From the NCBI GenBank assembly GCA_038131935.1, contig JAYPQH010000022.1, forward strand, positions 1 to 64,000: a stretch of 64,000 nucleotides of DNA, read 5' to 3'. The translations under genes and the position numbers were made by a program. Positions 29,890 to 41,871 of the stretch are shown in pieces. Every line of letters starts with the position of its first letter. Position 1 is the first letter of the stretch. The stretch is from Alphaproteobacteria bacterium. Lineage in GTDB: Bacteria > Pseudomonadota > Alphaproteobacteria > UBA8317. The notes below the pieces were generated by a model. That model did not search any database. It was not told where the DNA came from and saw only the letters and a list, made by a program, of their open reading frames with translations.

Positions 29890-31098
29890 ATGGATTTTTC
29901 ACTGAACCAAAACGACCAAATTTTACATCAAAGAGTCAGAGAAATTGTACAACATCAGATTATTCCTCTCGAATCTGATCGGAGGAACTATGACGAACAT
30001 GGGAACATTGCACCTGAGCCATTGGCACGGATGCGAGACTTGATCAAATCAGAAGGTTTGTTTTCTCCACAAATGCCAAAAGAACGTGGTGGGTTAGGAC
30101 TAAAACCTATGGCAATGGCTTTGACATATGAGGAGATGAACAACTCGATTTTTGGGCCTGTATGTTTCAACTGTGCAGCACCCGATGATGGCAATATGTA
30201 TGTCCTAAATAGGCTTGCTACCGAAGAGCAGAAGCAATGCTGGTTGGACCCCATCATACGTGGTGATGTGCGATCATCTTTCGTCATGACTGAGCCTCAT
30301 CCTGGAGGTGGGTCAGATCCATCCATGATCAAAACAACCGCTTATCGAGAAAATGGGAAATGGGTTGTCAGGGGTCACAAATGGTATATCACAGGTGCCG
30401 AGAGTGCAGAGCATTTCATCCTTATGGCACGGACATCGGAAGGGGCTCGAGATGGTCTCACCGCATTTCTATTTCATCGCGATGAGCCTGGTTGGCATAT
30501 CAAAAGACGGCTTGAGATTATGGGTCCAGAAGAACATGGAGGACATTGCGAACTTATTTTTGATGGACTTACGCTTGATGACGATCGAATTCTCATGGGT
30601 GTGGGACAAGGGTTAAAAGTAACCCAGATACGCCTTGGTCTGGCTCGCCTTACACATTGTATGCGTTGGCTTGGACTTGCCAAACGATGCGTGGCCATCG
30701 CATCAGAATACGCCCAAGAGCGTGAAGGTTTTGGGATGAAACTGATTGATCGAGAATCTATCCAGATCAAACTTGGGAAAGCCGCAATGGATATAGACGT
30801 GGGTAGACTTTTGGTCATGCGCGCGGCGTGGAAATTGGAACAAGGTTCCAAAGCTCGTCAAGACATATCCATGGCCAAAATTCATGTGTCTGAATGTCTA
30901 AACCGTGTTGCTAGTGACATGCTCCAAATTTGTGGTGGCAAAGGTTACTCAACGGACACACCCATTGAATGGATTTACCGTTACGCCCGCCAAGCCCTTC
31001 TCGTAGATGGCGCGACAGAAGTACATCAAATGGTGATTAACCGCTTTTTGCAGCGTGATGAAGCAGCTTTCTGGCATTGGGGTGCCGGACCTGATTAA
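29890..31098 (+). CDS. Acyl-CoA dehydrogenase
   Basis: APDDGNM, MTEP...SD, GHKWYITG, R....DGA.EVH. Confidence 0.93.
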   Translation: MDFSLNQNDQILHQRVREIVQHQIIPLESDRRNYDEHGNIAPEPLARMRDLIKSEGLFSPQMPKERGGLGLKPMAMALTYEEMNNSIFGPVCFNCAAPDDGNMYVLNRLATEEQKQCWLDPIIRGDVRSSFVMTEPHPGGGSDPSMIKTTAYRENGKWVVRGHKWYITGAESAEHFILMARTSEGARDGLTAFLFHRDEPGWHIKRRLEIMGPEEHGGHCELIFDGLTLDDDRILMGVGQGLKVTQIRLGLARLTHCMRWLGLAKRCVAIASEYAQEREGFGMKLIDRESIQIKLGKAAMDIDVGRLLVMRAAWKLEQGSKARQDISMAKIHVSECLNRVASDMLQICGGKGYSTDTPIEWIYRYARQALLVDGATEVHQMVINRFLQRDEAAFWHWGAGPD

Positions 31099-31129
31099 TC
31101 AGTAACAATAACCGTAGACTTCTGGAGGT

Positions 31130-32767
31130 ATGAATATGGAACAATTGGGAAATGATATGCGGCGACAAACACCGCCTAATTCTCACCCGCTTTCGCCTGT
31201 AGATTTTCTCAGAAGAGTTGGACGCGCCTACAGAAACCGGACAGGCATCATAGATAATGATGAACATATAACCTACGGCACCCTTCATGATCGCGCCTTT
31301 CAGTTGGCCAGTAGTCTGGAGAAAGTAGGGCTTGTGGCTGGTGATTGCGTGGCAGTTTTATGCCCAAACACAGCCGCTATGCTAGAAGTTCATTTTGCTA
31401 TCCCTGCCTCGGGAATGCTTATCAACGCCATGAATACACGGCTCGACCCAGATACCATGGCCTATATCTTGGACCATTGTGAGGCCAAGATGCTTATGGT
31501 TCATCCTGATTTCGCTATGCATGTTGATGATATCGTTAAGGGGCTGTTGCATAAGCCTATCTTGATCTATCTTGATCGCGAACGAACAATTGGCCCAGCC
31601 CCATCACACTTCGATATGCATTACGAGGACTTACTGGCACAAGGCGACCAATATCCATCCTTTGTGTTGGACAATGAGCTACACCCCATAGCAATCAATT
31701 ATACATCAGGAACAACAGGTCGGCCTAAAGGTGCTCGTTACACGCATAGAGGCGCATATCTTAATGCACTCGGCAACGCCCTTACGCTCCAGCTAACCCC
31801 TGATAGTCGCTATCTTTGGACCTTGCCTTTATTCCATTGCAATGGATGGACTCATTCTTGGGGGGTTACAGCAGCAGGTGCAACTCATGTTTGTCTACCT
31901 AAAGTGGACGCTGCGGATATTTTTAAAAAAATTGCGGCGCACCAGGTCTCGCATATGGCAGGGGCGCCCATTGTTATGTCCATCATGCTCAACGCCCCTG
32001 AAGAAGATAAATTAACGTTTCCTCAGCGTGTTTTCTTCTACACTGGCGGCGCTCCCGCACCTGCTGCTGTGTTGGCTGCCATGAGTGCACTAAATTTTGA
32101 TGTCATGCATGCCTATGGCCTGACAGAAGTTTATGGACCAAGTTTGGCATGCTTTGACCAAGACGATTGGAAACAACTAGACTTTGAACAACGTGCTGAA
32201 TTCACAAAGCGTCAAGGTGTTCCCCATGTTACAGCTGGAGACAGCCGTGTCATTGACCCTGAAACCATGCAAGAAGTACCATGGGATGGCTCCACCATCG
32301 GTGAAATCATGCAACGTTCTAATACCGTCATGCTGGAATATTACAAAAACGAAGCTGCAACCCAGGAAGCTTTCTCTGGCGGCTGGTTTCATTCCGGGGA
32401 CTTAGCCGTCATGCATCCTGATGGATATATTGAAGTACGTGATCGTGCAAAAGATATCATCATCTCAGGTGGTGAAAATATTTCCTCCGTTGAAGTGGAA
32501 AATGCATTGTACAAGCACCCATCTGTTCATGCAGTTGCGGTGGTGGCAAAACCTGATGACAAATGGGGAGAAGTTCCTTGCGCATTTGTAGAACTCAAAG
32601 CTTCTATGGACGCAACAGAACAAGAATTGCTTGAATTTGCAAGGCAGAAATTGGCTGGATTCAAACGCCCTAAACATATCGTTTTTGGTGAGCTTCCCAA
32701 AACCTCGACGGGCAAAATTCAAAAATTCCAGTTGCGTCAGATGGCGCGAGATAACACAGCATTTTGA
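31130..32767 (+). CDS. Acyl-CoA synthetase (AMP-binding)
   Basis: YTSGTTGRPKG, YGLTE, GWFHSGD, DR.KDIIISGGENI, LPKTSTGKIQK. Confidence 0.93.
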   Translation: MNMEQLGNDMRRQTPPNSHPLSPVDFLRRVGRAYRNRTGIIDNDEHITYGTLHDRAFQLASSLEKVGLVAGDCVAVLCPNTAAMLEVHFAIPASGMLINAMNTRLDPDTMAYILDHCEAKMLMVHPDFAMHVDDIVKGLLHKPILIYLDRERTIGPAPSHFDMHYEDLLAQGDQYPSFVLDNELHPIAINYTSGTTGRPKGARYTHRGAYLNALGNALTLQLTPDSRYLWTLPLFHCNGWTHSWGVTAAGATHVCLPKVDAADIFKKIAAHQVSHMAGAPIVMSIMLNAPEEDKLTFPQRVFFYTGGAPAPAAVLAAMSALNFDVMHAYGLTEVYGPSLACFDQDDWKQLDFEQRAEFTKRQGVPHVTAGDSRVIDPETMQEVPWDGSTIGEIMQRSNTVMLEYYKNEAATQEAFSGGWFHSGDLAVMHPDGYIEVRDRAKDIIISGGENISSVEVENALYKHPSVHAVAVVAKPDDKWGEVPCAFVELKASMDATEQELLEFARQKLAGFKRPKHIVFGELPKTSTGKIQKFQLRQMARDNTAF

Positions 32768-32790
32768 TATGCGTGTATTGACGTTACTAC

Positions 32791-32818
32791 AAAAAAACCC
32801 AGCCAAGGCTGGGTTTTT
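32791..32818. terminator. Bidirectional rho-independent terminator
   Basis: AAAAAAACCCAGCC-aa-GGCTGGGTTTTT between convergent genes. Confidence 0.85.
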
Positions 32819-32841
32819 GAGATCTTAATGACATTAATAGA

Positions 32842-33636
32842 TCAAACCAATGCTTCGACCGCACGCTTTGTCATCACTTTAATTAAGTTTGCTCTGTAGG
32901 CAGCAGACGCATGAATATCGCTCATAAGCCCGTCCGATGAAACCTCAACATTTGCCACACCCGCTGGTGAAAAATCAGCCATAAGTGCTTCTTCGAGCCC
33001 TGCATGTCTTGTAACGCCATTTTCGTTTGCGCCCGTATAAGCAACCCTTACATGGTCTGCATGTTTGGCAACAAAAACCCCTGTCATTGCGTAGCGTGAT
33101 GCAGGATGAGGAAACTTCATATATTTTGCCTTTTCAGGAATCTTGAAATCAATTCGCGTGATGATTTCCCCCTCTTCTAAGGCTGTCATGAACAACCCAG
33201 CAAAGAATTCATCAGCAGGAATCACACGTTTTGATGTATGGACCTGAGCATCTAATGCCAATACTGCGGATGGGTAGCAGGCTGCAGGATCATTGTTTGC
33301 CACAGAACCTCCCAACGTCCCACGACGACGTACCTGGGCATCACCAATATGTGCTGCCAAATCAGCCAATGCCGGTATCGCATTCAAAACAACATCGGAT
33401 GTTTCTACTTCTACATGGCGCATGGTCGCCCCAATGCAAAGATGTGTTCCCTCTACGCTGATACCACGAAGTTCTTCGATAGATTTAAGATCTATAAGCT
33501 TCTCAGGCGCGGCAAGGCGTTGTTTGAGTGTAGGGATCAACGTCTGCCCGCCAGACAGCGCTTGGCTGCCTTCCTGTGCGAGCATACCCTTGGCATCTTC
33601 AAGATTGGTCGGTTTTCCAAATTCAAATTGATACAT
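32842..33636 (-). CDS. coxM: Molybdenum hydroxylase FAD subunit (CoxM-like)
   Basis: SGGQTLIP, IGD.QVR.RGT.GGS, Y.KF..PASR.A. Confidence 0.9.
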   Translation of the reverse strand: MYQFEFGKPTNLEDAKGMLAQEGSQALSGGQTLIPTLKQRLAAPEKLIDLKSIEELRGISVEGTHLCIGATMRHVEVETSDVVLNAIPALADLAAHIGDAQVRRRGTLGGSVANNDPAACYPSAVLALDAQVHTSKRVIPADEFFAGLFMTALEEGEIITRIDFKIPEKAKYMKFPHPASRYAMTGVFVAKHADHVRVAYTGANENGVTRHAGLEEALMADFSPAGVANVEVSSDGLMSDIHASAAYRANLIKVMTKRAVEALV

Positions 33637-33650
33637 TAGCTAAGCTCCTT

Positions 33651-36032
33651 TTATTCAGCGGCTATTGGGCGTTTATTATTCTGAATGGCATTCCAGATTT
33701 TCTCTGGGGTCAATGGCATATCGAGATGTTCAATACCATAGTCACTTAATGCATTCATGACGGCGTTTACAAAAGCAGGTGGTGATCCAATGGCACCAGC
33801 TTCTCCACATCCTTTGACACCAAGAGGATTATGGGTACAGGCGGTAACGCATGTTTCCACTTCAAAATTGGGCAAATCCGCAGCTCTCGGCATTGCATAA
33901 TCCATATATGACGCCGTCAAAAGTTGCCCTTTATCATCATAAACTGCTTGTTCAAGCATAGCTTGTCCCAACCCCTGGGCTAGGCCACCATGAACTTGAC
34001 CTTCAACAATCATCGGATTCACGATTTCACCAAAATCATCAGCCGCCCAAAATCCTACGATTTCCGTGACACCTGTCTCAGGATCAACTTCAACTTCACA
34101 AAGATATGAGCCTGCGGGGAACGTAAAGTTTTTTGGGTCATAGAATGCTGTTTCTTCTAACCCTGGTTCAACCTCATCTAGCGGGTATTGATGGGGAACG
34201 TAAGCCGCCAATGCAATTTCACCAAATGCCTTTGACTTATCTGTTCCTTGTGCCTTGAACGCACCATCTTCAAAGATGATATCATCCTCATCAACTTCCA
34301 ACAAATGTGCAGCGATTTTTTTGCCCTTGGCTATGACTTTATCGACGGCATTCACAATAGCAGTACCGCCAACAGCCAGTGATCTTGATCCATATGTTCC
34401 CATGCCAAAAGGAACACGGTCGGTATCACCATGGATAATCTCAATATTGTTGTAATCTATGCCCAAACGATCAGCCACCACCTGTGCAAACGTGGTTTCA
34501 TGTCCTTGTCCATGTGAGTGAGATCCTGTGAATACCGAGACTGACCCTGTGGGGTTAACCCGAATGGTTGCTGCTTCATACAAACCAGCCCTCGCACCAA
34601 GTGCTCCAACTAGAGACGAAGGTGCAATCCCACAAGCTTCAATATAGCAAGACAGTCCCAGACCTCTAAGCTTTCCACGAGAAGCCGCCTCTGCACGACG
34701 TGCTTCAAATCCGTCGTAATTGGCCATCTCTAAAACCTTGTCTAAAGTTTGGTCATAGTTGCCTGTATCGTAAACCAGTGCCACTGGTGTTTGATAAGGA
34801 AACTGATCTGGCTTGATAAAGTTCTTACGGCGGATCTCAACTTGATCCATACCCATTTCCAAAGCAGCTTTGTTAATCATGCGCTCCAAAAGGTAGGTTG
34901 CTTCTGGTCTACCAGCTCCACGATAGGCATCAACAGGAGTGGTATTGGTAAATACCGCACGTACGCGGCAATGTATTGCCGCTGTTGTGTATTGACCTGC
35001 CAATAAAGTTGCATGCAACCAAGTTGGAATACATGGAGCAAATGTTGACAAATACGCCCCCATATTTGCGAGCGTATCAAAACGCATCGCCAGGAAGCGC
35101 CCCTCCGCATCCATTGCCACTTCGGCCAACGAGCGATGGTCTCGTCCGTGAGCATCGGTCAAAAACGCTTCGGTCCGGTCAGCTGTCCATTTGACGGGGC
35201 AACCTACCTGAGAAGAAGCCCAAGTCACAAACGCTTCTTCTGCATAGTGATAAATTTTTGAGCCAAACCCACCGCCAACATCAGGAGCAAAAACGCGCAG
35301 TCTATGCTCAGGAATATTGAGGACAAATGCACCCATCAATAGACGAATAACGTGGGGGTTTTGTGATGTTGTATGCAACGTGTAACGCTCTGTGGAATCA
35401 TCATACTCACCAATGGCGCATCGAGGCTCCATGGCATTGGGTACCAAACGATTGTTCACAAGATCTATTTTGGTAATGTGATGGGCCTGAGCAAATGCTT
35501 CATTCGTAGCATCAGCATCACCAAATTCCCAATCATAGCAAATATTGTCAGCAGCTTCGTCATGAATCTGAGCGGCGCCTTGAATAGCGGCATTCATATC
35601 AACCACTGCCTCAAGTTCCTCAATATCTATCGAAATAGCATCGACAGCGGCGCGGGCTTCGCGAACGGACTCCGCCACAACCGCAACAATAGGGTCACCC
35701 ACATGTCGAACCTTGCCATCAGCCAAAATAGGATGAGCGGGTTCTTTCATGGGCTCACCATGCCGATCGGTAATCTGCCAACCACAAGGAATTCCACCTA
35801 ACCCTGCAGCCTTAATATCAGCTGATGTGAAAATCTTAATAACACCATCCATATTTTCCGCAGCCGAGCAATCAATGGCTTTGATATGACCATGGGCTAC
35901 TTGCGATCGAAGAAAAACCACATAGGCTTGTCCAGGTCTATTGATATCGTCTGTGTAGGTGCCTTTTCCACGCAAGAAACGTACATCTTCCCGCCGCTTG
36001 GTGGCTGATCCAATTCCACCTTGAATAGTCAT
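33651..36032 (-). CDS. coxL: Molybdenum hydroxylase large subunit, form II CoxL-like
   Basis: GGGFGSK, active-site loop AYRGAGRPE (form II), [15 protein letters not shown]. Confidence 0.9.
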   Translation of the reverse strand: MTIQGGIGSATKRREDVRFLRGKGTYTDDINRPGQAYVVFLRSQVAHGHIKAIDCSAAENMDGVIKIFTSADIKAAGLGGIPCGWQITDRHGEPMKEPAHPILADGKVRHVGDPIVAVVAESVREARAAVDAISIDIEELEAVVDMNAAIQGAAQIHDEAADNICYDWEFGDADATNEAFAQAHHITKIDLVNNRLVPNAMEPRCAIGEYDDSTERYTLHTTSQNPHVIRLLMGAFVLNIPEHRLRVFAPDVGGGFGSKIYHYAEEAFVTWASSQVGCPVKWTADRTEAFLTDAHGRDHRSLAEVAMDAEGRFLAMRFDTLANMGAYLSTFAPCIPTWLHATLLAGQYTTAAIHCRVRAVFTNTTPVDAYRGAGRPEATYLLERMINKAALEMGMDQVEIRRKNFIKPDQFPYQTPVALVYDTGNYDQTLDKVLEMANYDGFEARRAEAASRGKLRGLGLSCYIEACGIAPSSLVGALGARAGLYEAATIRVNPTGSVSVFTGSHSHGQGHETTFAQVVADRLGIDYNNIEIIHGDTDRVPFGMGTYGSRSLAVGGTAIVNAVDKVIAKGKKIAAHLLEVDEDDIIFEDGAFKAQGTDKSKAFGEIALAAYVPHQYPLDEVEPGLEETAFYDPKNFTFPAGSYLCEVEVDPETGVTEIVGFWAADDFGEIVNPMIVEGQVHGGLAQGLGQAMLEQAVYDDKGQLLTASYMDYAMPRAADLPNFEVETCVTACTHNPLGVKGCGEAGAIGSPPAFVNAVMNALSDYGIEHLDMPLTPEKIWNAIQNNKRPIAAE

Positions 36033-36075
36033 GTTTTATCCCCCCTGCTTAATTTTTATAAATTGTGTTTTTTGA

Positions 36076-36552
36076 TTAGCCTCGCATCTCTGCAGCTGCC
36101 GCTTGAACCGCTTTCACGATATTGTGGTAACCCGTACAGCGGCAAATATTGCCCTCAAGCCACTCTCTGATTTCTGCGTCACTGGGATTGGAATTAACAT
36201 TAAGAAGATCCGCCGCACTCATCACCATGCCTGGTGTACAGTACCCACATTGCAAACCATGATGATCCTGAAAGGCCTTTTGAAGGATCCCCAAACTTCC
36301 GTCTTCATTTGCCATGCCCTCAATGGTCACCACATTTTTCCCATCTGCTTCAACAGCAAGCATGGTGCATGATTTCATAGATTCACCTTCCACATGGACA
36401 ACACAAGCACCACATTGAGATGTATCACATCCAACATGCGTGCCGGTTAAGCGCGCATGACTGCGTATGAAATCTACCAGCAAAGTATTCTCAGAAACGT
36501 CGGCTGTTTTGGTTTGACCGTTAAGAGTAATAGTGACGTTGGCCATATTCAT
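36076..36552 (-). CDS. coxS: Molybdenum hydroxylase 2Fe-2S subunit (CoxS-like)
   Basis: [27 protein letters not shown]. Confidence 0.92.
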   Translation of the reverse strand: MNMANVTITLNGQTKTADVSENTLLVDFIRSHARLTGTHVGCDTSQCGACVVHVEGESMKSCTMLAVEADGKNVVTIEGMANEDGSLGILQKAFQDHHGLQCGYCTPGMVMSAADLLNVNSNPSDAEIREWLEGNICRCTGYHNIVKAVQAAAAEMRG

Positions 36553-36839
36553 GATCCCCTTTTATCAGATTGTCCGCGGCTCTCCCCACATGAGGACACC
36601 CTTCCCTATTTCTTTACTTCCAGCGCAACTGTTGAGCAACATCAGAATGTTGCAGACAAACAAGCAACAGAAGTTTTCTTCCTTAAAATGTGGCTTTCCA
36701 CGCCAACATGCAACAAAAATAAGGTCGGGAGTTCTGCGACCAGTTATCACCGACGATAGTCGGCATGACGAAAATATATTGCTTATTCATTTCTCATGGG
36801 TTTTAACGTTCGTGAAAAGAGGAAAAGGGGGTTAATTTT

Positions 36840-37670
36840 ATGTCATACGCTGATTGGTTGGGACGACAGGAATCGTCAGATTGTGTTCTGCAGTTACAAC
36901 AAGCGAATTTCATGGCTGCAAGCCTTGGGCAAGACCGGACGTTCAATCCCGGCGATCCCCTCCCTCATGGCTGGCATTGGTTGTATTTTTTACAAGCTGC
37001 GCCACGCGATCAATTGGGCCGTGATGGACATCCCAAACGCGGTGGATTTTTACCACCCGTCGACTTGCCAAGGCGGATGTGGGCAGGAGGACGCCTACAA
37101 TTCCATTCCGATCTGCCCTTAGGCGCGTTGTGCCGGAAAACGTCCACGATCACGTCAATTAAGGAAAAAGAGTCCCGTCAAGGACCTTTATGTCTTGTAA
37201 CCGTCACCCACGAAATATCTGTTGCCGAGAGTGTTGCTTTGGTAGAGGAACATGACATCGTCTATCTGCGTGATCGAGAGCCTCACGACCCAATTGCCGA
37301 TGGTGAACCACCAGCTACCATGCAATTTTCAGAATCCTTTAGCTCTGATTCCACACTTTTGTTCCGTTATTCAGCCCTAACTTTCAATGGCCACAAAATT
37401 CATTATGACTTGGATTATTGTCGAGACATCGAAGGTTATCCTGGCCTTCTATTTCACGGTCCATTAACAGCCACTTTGTTGCTTGACCTTGCATCGCGCA
37501 AATTGGGCCATCACAATGTTCAAAGCTTTGATTTTAGAGCCATGGCACCCATTTTTCATGATGAAGTCATTCTCTTTGAAGGTCGACGTGATGCCAACGC
37601 TTTAGAGTTACAAGCTGTCAATGCACGTGGTGGTGTTTCCATGCGTGCTCGGGTCAATAACGCTGTATGA
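36840..37670 (+). CDS. MaoC-like double hotdog dehydratase (HTD2/mesaconyl-C4-CoA hydratase-like)
   Basis: DGHP.RGGFLPP...RRMWAGG, LFRYSALTFNGH.IHYD, HGPL.AT. Confidence 0.85.
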   Translation: MSYADWLGRQESSDCVLQLQQANFMAASLGQDRTFNPGDPLPHGWHWLYFLQAAPRDQLGRDGHPKRGGFLPPVDLPRRMWAGGRLQFHSDLPLGALCRKTSTITSIKEKESRQGPLCLVTVTHEISVAESVALVEEHDIVYLRDREPHDPIADGEPPATMQFSESFSSDSTLLFRYSALTFNGHKIHYDLDYCRDIEGYPGLLFHGPLTATLLLDLASRKLGHHNVQSFDFRAMAPIFHDEVILFEGRRDANALELQAVNARGGVSMRARVNNAV

Positions 37671-38071
37671 ACCAGTCCCTAGATCCACAAGACAACGCAA
37701 AAAAAACAGATAGAGCACGTACCTTACTGCTTATTGGCTACATATTGATGGGTTTGGCCTGGCTTACGCTGTTCACCTATCTGATTGCTGGGGTCATGGC
37801 GCATGTTCAGCGTCGAGAACTGGTCTCGCATTCGTTTGAGCGTTCGCATTGGGATCATATTTGGTCGATATTTATTTGGTCTGCCACTTGGCTTCTGGTG
37901 CTCGTTATTTCTATCTTCATTCTTATCGGCCTTGGCTTGGGTCCGTTATCACTCATACCAGCACTTGGTTTCTTGGTTCTCCTCATCTGGTATTACGTGC
38001 AGACCATTCGCGGCTTCCTATGGGCTTTTTATGGAAAACCTTTCGCGGTGGCCGACGAAAACCAGCCATAA
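37667..38071 (+). CDS. Small membrane protein (DUF4870-like)
   Basis: 3 TM, SH.....F motif, W...Q.IRG tail. Confidence 0.65.
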   Translation: MNQSLDPQDNAKKTDRARTLLLIGYILMGLAWLTLFTYLIAGVMAHVQRRELVSHSFERSHWDHIWSIFIWSATWLLVLVISIFILIGLGLGPLSLIPALGFLVLLIWYYVQTIRGFLWAFYGKPFAVADENQP

Positions 38072-38753
38072 AGCGTTTGAGTAGAACTTTATCTGTCGCA
38101 AAACAACCTGCGGTGTAATCCCCAACTTTAACATGGAGGAATAGGGCGCTTCCCTGACCTTTTTTCGTATAAAAATCGCGATCCAAAATTCCTACAAGAT
38201 CATAAAGATCATCTGAACGATGCAACACATCATCAGACCATCGGCTTTTTGCATGCACAAAACGGTTATAGGCTGGAACAAATGTCGATGGCTGATCACC
38301 AAAAGCATATGATGGTGAAATAGATTGAGCTTTTACACCATTTGGACAGAAAAATTTCCCTGAACGATAGAGCCACAGAACAACATGAAACCGCCCTGAT
38401 ACACTTGATCTATCACCCTCTCGTTTCACGTGCGTATCAACAAAGCCGTTCTGTCCAATTGCTGCTGGGAACATTGATTGACCATATTTGACAACGCCAT
38501 GCTCAAAACATAGTGCGCGTCCATTGGGTGCACAAATACGTGCATGTGGGCGTGGCGCGGATGGCGCGTGCACTCGGCGCATTGCGCGCGGAGCAGACCG
38601 AAATTGTGGGACCCTCTTAGGTCTCGATGACAGAGGTCCTCGTGGAGGCCAAGAAAAGTCTGCCAACAGTTGCAAATGATCTGGTTGACGGTTTTTTTTT
38701 TGTGCTAACCTCAATCGTCTCTTCACCATTGGTTTCATTTCCTGAATACTCAT
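37983..38753 (-). CDS. L,D-transpeptidase-like (YkuD family) protein with basic N-terminal extension
   Basis: IG.NG..KREGD....G.F, YNRFV, LYDL, GSALFLHV...YTAGC.A; start uncertain. Confidence 0.7.
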   Translation of the reverse strand: MSIQEMKPMVKRRLRLAQKKNRQPDHLQLLADFSWPPRGPLSSRPKRVPQFRSAPRAMRRVHAPSAPRPHARICAPNGRALCFEHGVVKYGQSMFPAAIGQNGFVDTHVKREGDRSSVSGRFHVVLWLYRSGKFFCPNGVKAQSISPSYAFGDQPSTFVPAYNRFVHAKSRWSDDVLHRSDDLYDLVGILDRDFYTKKGQGSALFLHVKVGDYTAGCFATDKVLLKRFMAGFRRPPRKVFHKKPIGSREWSARNTR

Positions 38754-38798
38754 TTAACCAATTTTTTCTCATACCTTATTTAAAATTTAGCATAGAAC

Positions 38799-39845
38799 AT
38801 GACTGAACCAAATTCTTTACACAAAAAATTGTTCGATATTTCCACCTGGTGGATAACTTTACGCACGCTTTTTGTGGGATTTATTGGTGGTATCATGATG
38901 ACTTTGGTGGGTTTTCCTGCTGCGTTCCTCACAGGTCCAGCACTCGTTGTATCCGTTTGTTCTTTTTCAGGAATGAAAGCCTTTATCCCAGTCTGGATTC
39001 GGCAAATATGTTTTTGTGTTATTGGCGTGTCGATAGGTAGTGGCGTCGACGAACAATCTATTGCGCAGATGGGCCAATGGCCTCTAAGCCTTGGTCTTCT
39101 TACCATCGCGGTTTTGAGCCACTTTTTGCTCTCTAGCTACCTTGTTCAAAGGGTTTTTGCCTATGATCGACTGACCTCTATGTTTGCGACAATCCCCGGT
39201 CATATGTCTTTGGTGGTTGGTTTATCGGTAGAGAAAAATGCTGACGCGCAAATGGTTGTAATGGTGCAATCATTACGTATTTTGTTTCTGACTTTGCTGG
39301 TTCCAGCCTTCGTTTTGTTGGTCGGTATTCCTACTTACGGCCCAACAAATATCCAAAATATGGGTTTTGTAGAGACCGTGTTGCTTTGCTGCGTAGGAGG
39401 TATTTCAGGCTGGCTATTTATGAAAATTGGCTCGCCAGCTCCCATGCTGGTAGGCCCCATGGTGGCCTCAACTATCGCCCATTTAACTGGTTTTGCCACA
39501 GGCGTAGTTCCCAACTCATTCGTAGATCCCGCTATTCTTGTTGTTGGATGCTTGGCAGGGAGCCAGTTTAAGAGAATAACCTTCTCCATACTTTGGAGTT
39601 ATTTAAAAATTGCACTCATAGTGCTTTTTGTCGCGACCTTAACCACGGTCATGTTTGCAAGTGTGGCTTCATGGTTCACCGCCATTCCCCTACCATCAAC
39701 CTTGATCGCTTTCGCGCCTGGTGGTTTGGAAGCCATGATTGCCATGGGTAGTGCAGTGAACGCAGATCCTGCCTTTATTGCATCACACCATCTTTTTCGT
39801 TTGTTTTTGTTGACCGCAGTAATCGCTTTTATCGTAAGGAAGTAA
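38799..39845 (+). CDS. AbrB-family duplicated membrane protein
   Basis: Two PA..L.GP repeats, Q.LR, APGGL.AM, HH..R. Confidence 0.85.
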   Translation: MTEPNSLHKKLFDISTWWITLRTLFVGFIGGIMMTLVGFPAAFLTGPALVVSVCSFSGMKAFIPVWIRQICFCVIGVSIGSGVDEQSIAQMGQWPLSLGLLTIAVLSHFLLSSYLVQRVFAYDRLTSMFATIPGHMSLVVGLSVEKNADAQMVVMVQSLRILFLTLLVPAFVLLVGIPTYGPTNIQNMGFVETVLLCCVGGISGWLFMKIGSPAPMLVGPMVASTIAHLTGFATGVVPNSFVDPAILVVGCLAGSQFKRITFSILWSYLKIALIVLFVATLTTVMFASVASWFTAIPLPSTLIAFAPGGLEAMIAMGSAVNADPAFIASHHLFRLFLLTAVIAFIVRK

Positions 39846-40521
39846 AATGGTCTGCAACTGATTGTCTAAGTGCCAAAATATTACGCTCATAAACTTCCGT
39901 ATTATCTGGGCTTCCATGTTGGAACACCGCCGAACCCGCTACAAGTGCTGTAGCACCTGCTGCAACAACGCGGCCTGCATTTTGAGGCGTGATACCACCA
40001 TCAACCTCAATTTCTATATCCCGGTTACCAATCATTTGCTTGATCGAGGCAATTTTTTGCAACTGCCCTTCTATGAAGGATTGACCCCCAAAGCCGGGGT
40101 TAACCGTCATAACCAAAATCAAATCTACATTATCCAAAACATATTCCAGAGCCTGCTCTGATGTCCCTGGATTCAGCGAGACTCCTGCTTTTTTTCCAAG
40201 CTTACGTATCAATTGTAAGCTACGATCCAAGTGAGGGCCTGCCTCTGCATGAACAGTTATGATATCAGCACCAGCATCTGCGAAGGCCTCAATATATGGA
40301 TCCACGGGTGCGATCATGAGATGGACATCCATCACCGTCTGAACATGTGGACGCAATGCTTTCACCACCCCGGGTCCAATTGTCAAATTGGGAACAAAAT
40401 GACCATCCATGACGTCAATATGTACCCAATCGCACCCTGCCATCTCAATCGCACGGACCTCTTCACCGAGACGGGCAAAATCAGCGGCCAAAATCGATGG
40501 TGATATTTTTACATTGTTCAT
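39829..40521 (-). CDS. rpe: Ribulose-phosphate 3-epimerase
   Basis: [38 protein letters not shown]. Confidence 0.97.
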   Translation of the reverse strand: MNNVKISPSILAADFARLGEEVRAIEMAGCDWVHIDVMDGHFVPNLTIGPGVVKALRPHVQTVMDVHLMIAPVDPYIEAFADAGADIITVHAEAGPHLDRSLQLIRKLGKKAGVSLNPGTSEQALEYVLDNVDLILVMTVNPGFGGQSFIEGQLQKIASIKQMIGNRDIEIEVDGGITPQNAGRVVAAGATALVAGSAVFQHGSPDNTEVYERNILALRQSVADHFTSLR

Positions 40522-40531
40522 CAAAATGACC

Positions 40532-41656
40532 TTATTTTTGCATGACTGGAGGATTCCCTGGAACTGGCAAGCCTCGTAATGCTCTGTTGGTCCGCATATA
40601 TTGAGGAGCATATACGGCATCTGCATCCAAAACCTCTGCGGCATGCCACGCCCACCTTGGATTATACAACAATCCACGACCCAAAGCGATCATGTCTGCT
40701 TGTCCTGTGCGCACAATCGAGTCGGCCTGACGAGGCTCTGTAATTTGTCCCACGGCCATCGTAGGCAGACCTGAAGCTTGTCGGACTTGCGCTGCAAAGC
40801 CTGTTTGGTAACCGGGACCCACTTCAATTTCTTGTGCTGGTGAGTTACCACCACTTGATACGTCCACAAAATCACATCCGCGTTTTGCCAGTTCAACAGC
40901 CAACTGTGTTGATTCTTTTATGTCCCAACTGGAACTATCAACCCAATCAGTTGCTGAAAACCTAACACCCAAAGGCTTATTCCGCGGCCAGACCGCACGC
41001 ACGGCATCAAAAACCTCTAGGGGAAACCTCATTCTGTTCTCAAGACTTCCACCATATGCATCATTTCGGCGATTGCTTATTGGTGAGAGGAATTGGTGGA
41101 ATAAATACCCATGCGCCATATGAATTTCAATGAGATCGAATCCGATACGTAGACATCTTTCTGTTGAAGCGACAAAAGCATCTTTAAGTTTCTGCAAACC
41201 TGCATCATCTAGCGCCTCAGGCCGAGACCAACCATCAGCATAAGGCTCAGCAGAAGGTCCTATGGTTGACCAACCGTTTGGATGATCATGGGCTAGTGGC
41301 TTTCCACCAAGCCAAGGAAGGTCTGTGGACGCTTTGCGTCCAGCATGCGCCAACTGGATACCAACGGGGGCGTTGCCATAATGTTTGGCAAAGTCAACCA
41401 CACGCTTCATGCCTGCCTCGGTCTCGTCATCCCAAAGACCTAGACAGCCAGCCGTAATACGCCCCTCGGGCGTCACGCCAGTGGCCTCTAAAATCAAAAG
41501 TCCCAAGCCTGATACAGCAAATTGTCCAATATGCATCAGATGCCAATCATTCGGCACTCCATTCGCAGCTGAGTATTGGCACATAGGTGCAAGGATAATA
41601 CGATTACGCAACTCAAGATCGGCCAGTTTAATAGGTTCAAAAAGTTTGCTTTTCAT
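40532..41656 (-). CDS. NADH:flavin oxidoreductase (Old Yellow Enzyme, YqjM/NamA-like)
   Basis: [38 protein letters not shown]. Confidence 0.93.
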   Translation of the reverse strand: MKSKLFEPIKLADLELRNRIILAPMCQYSAANGVPNDWHLMHIGQFAVSGLGLLILEATGVTPEGRITAGCLGLWDDETEAGMKRVVDFAKHYGNAPVGIQLAHAGRKASTDLPWLGGKPLAHDHPNGWSTIGPSAEPYADGWSRPEALDDAGLQKLKDAFVASTERCLRIGFDLIEIHMAHGYLFHQFLSPISNRRNDAYGGSLENRMRFPLEVFDAVRAVWPRNKPLGVRFSATDWVDSSSWDIKESTQLAVELAKRGCDFVDVSSGGNSPAQEIEVGPGYQTGFAAQVRQASGLPTMAVGQITEPRQADSIVRTGQADMIALGRGLLYNPRWAWHAAEVLDADAVYAPQYMRTNRALRGLPVPGNPPVMQK

Positions 41657-41871
41657 GATTATAGCCTTAAATTTTGTTCAGAACTGTTGAACGGATGGAA
41701 TATGCTCCCGAAGGAATTGTCAATCACAGTGTGGTGCGTTTGAGATATCAATTAAATCTTAAAAAGCCAATGAGGGAGAACTTTGCTCTTGCCCTAGCCT
41801 TCTTCATGAACGTTCCGCTATGAGCATAAGAGAAGATTGGCCTTTGCGATGATAGTGAAAGGGAATGATGC

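Noticed and set aside
33651-36032. Bona fide aerobic CO dehydrogenase
   Set aside because: Active-site loop is AYRGAGR (form II), not AYXCSFR.
38799-39845. AbrB transition-state regulator or ammonia monooxygenase
   Set aside because: It is the multi-TM AbrB membrane family; those labels are known misleading annotations.
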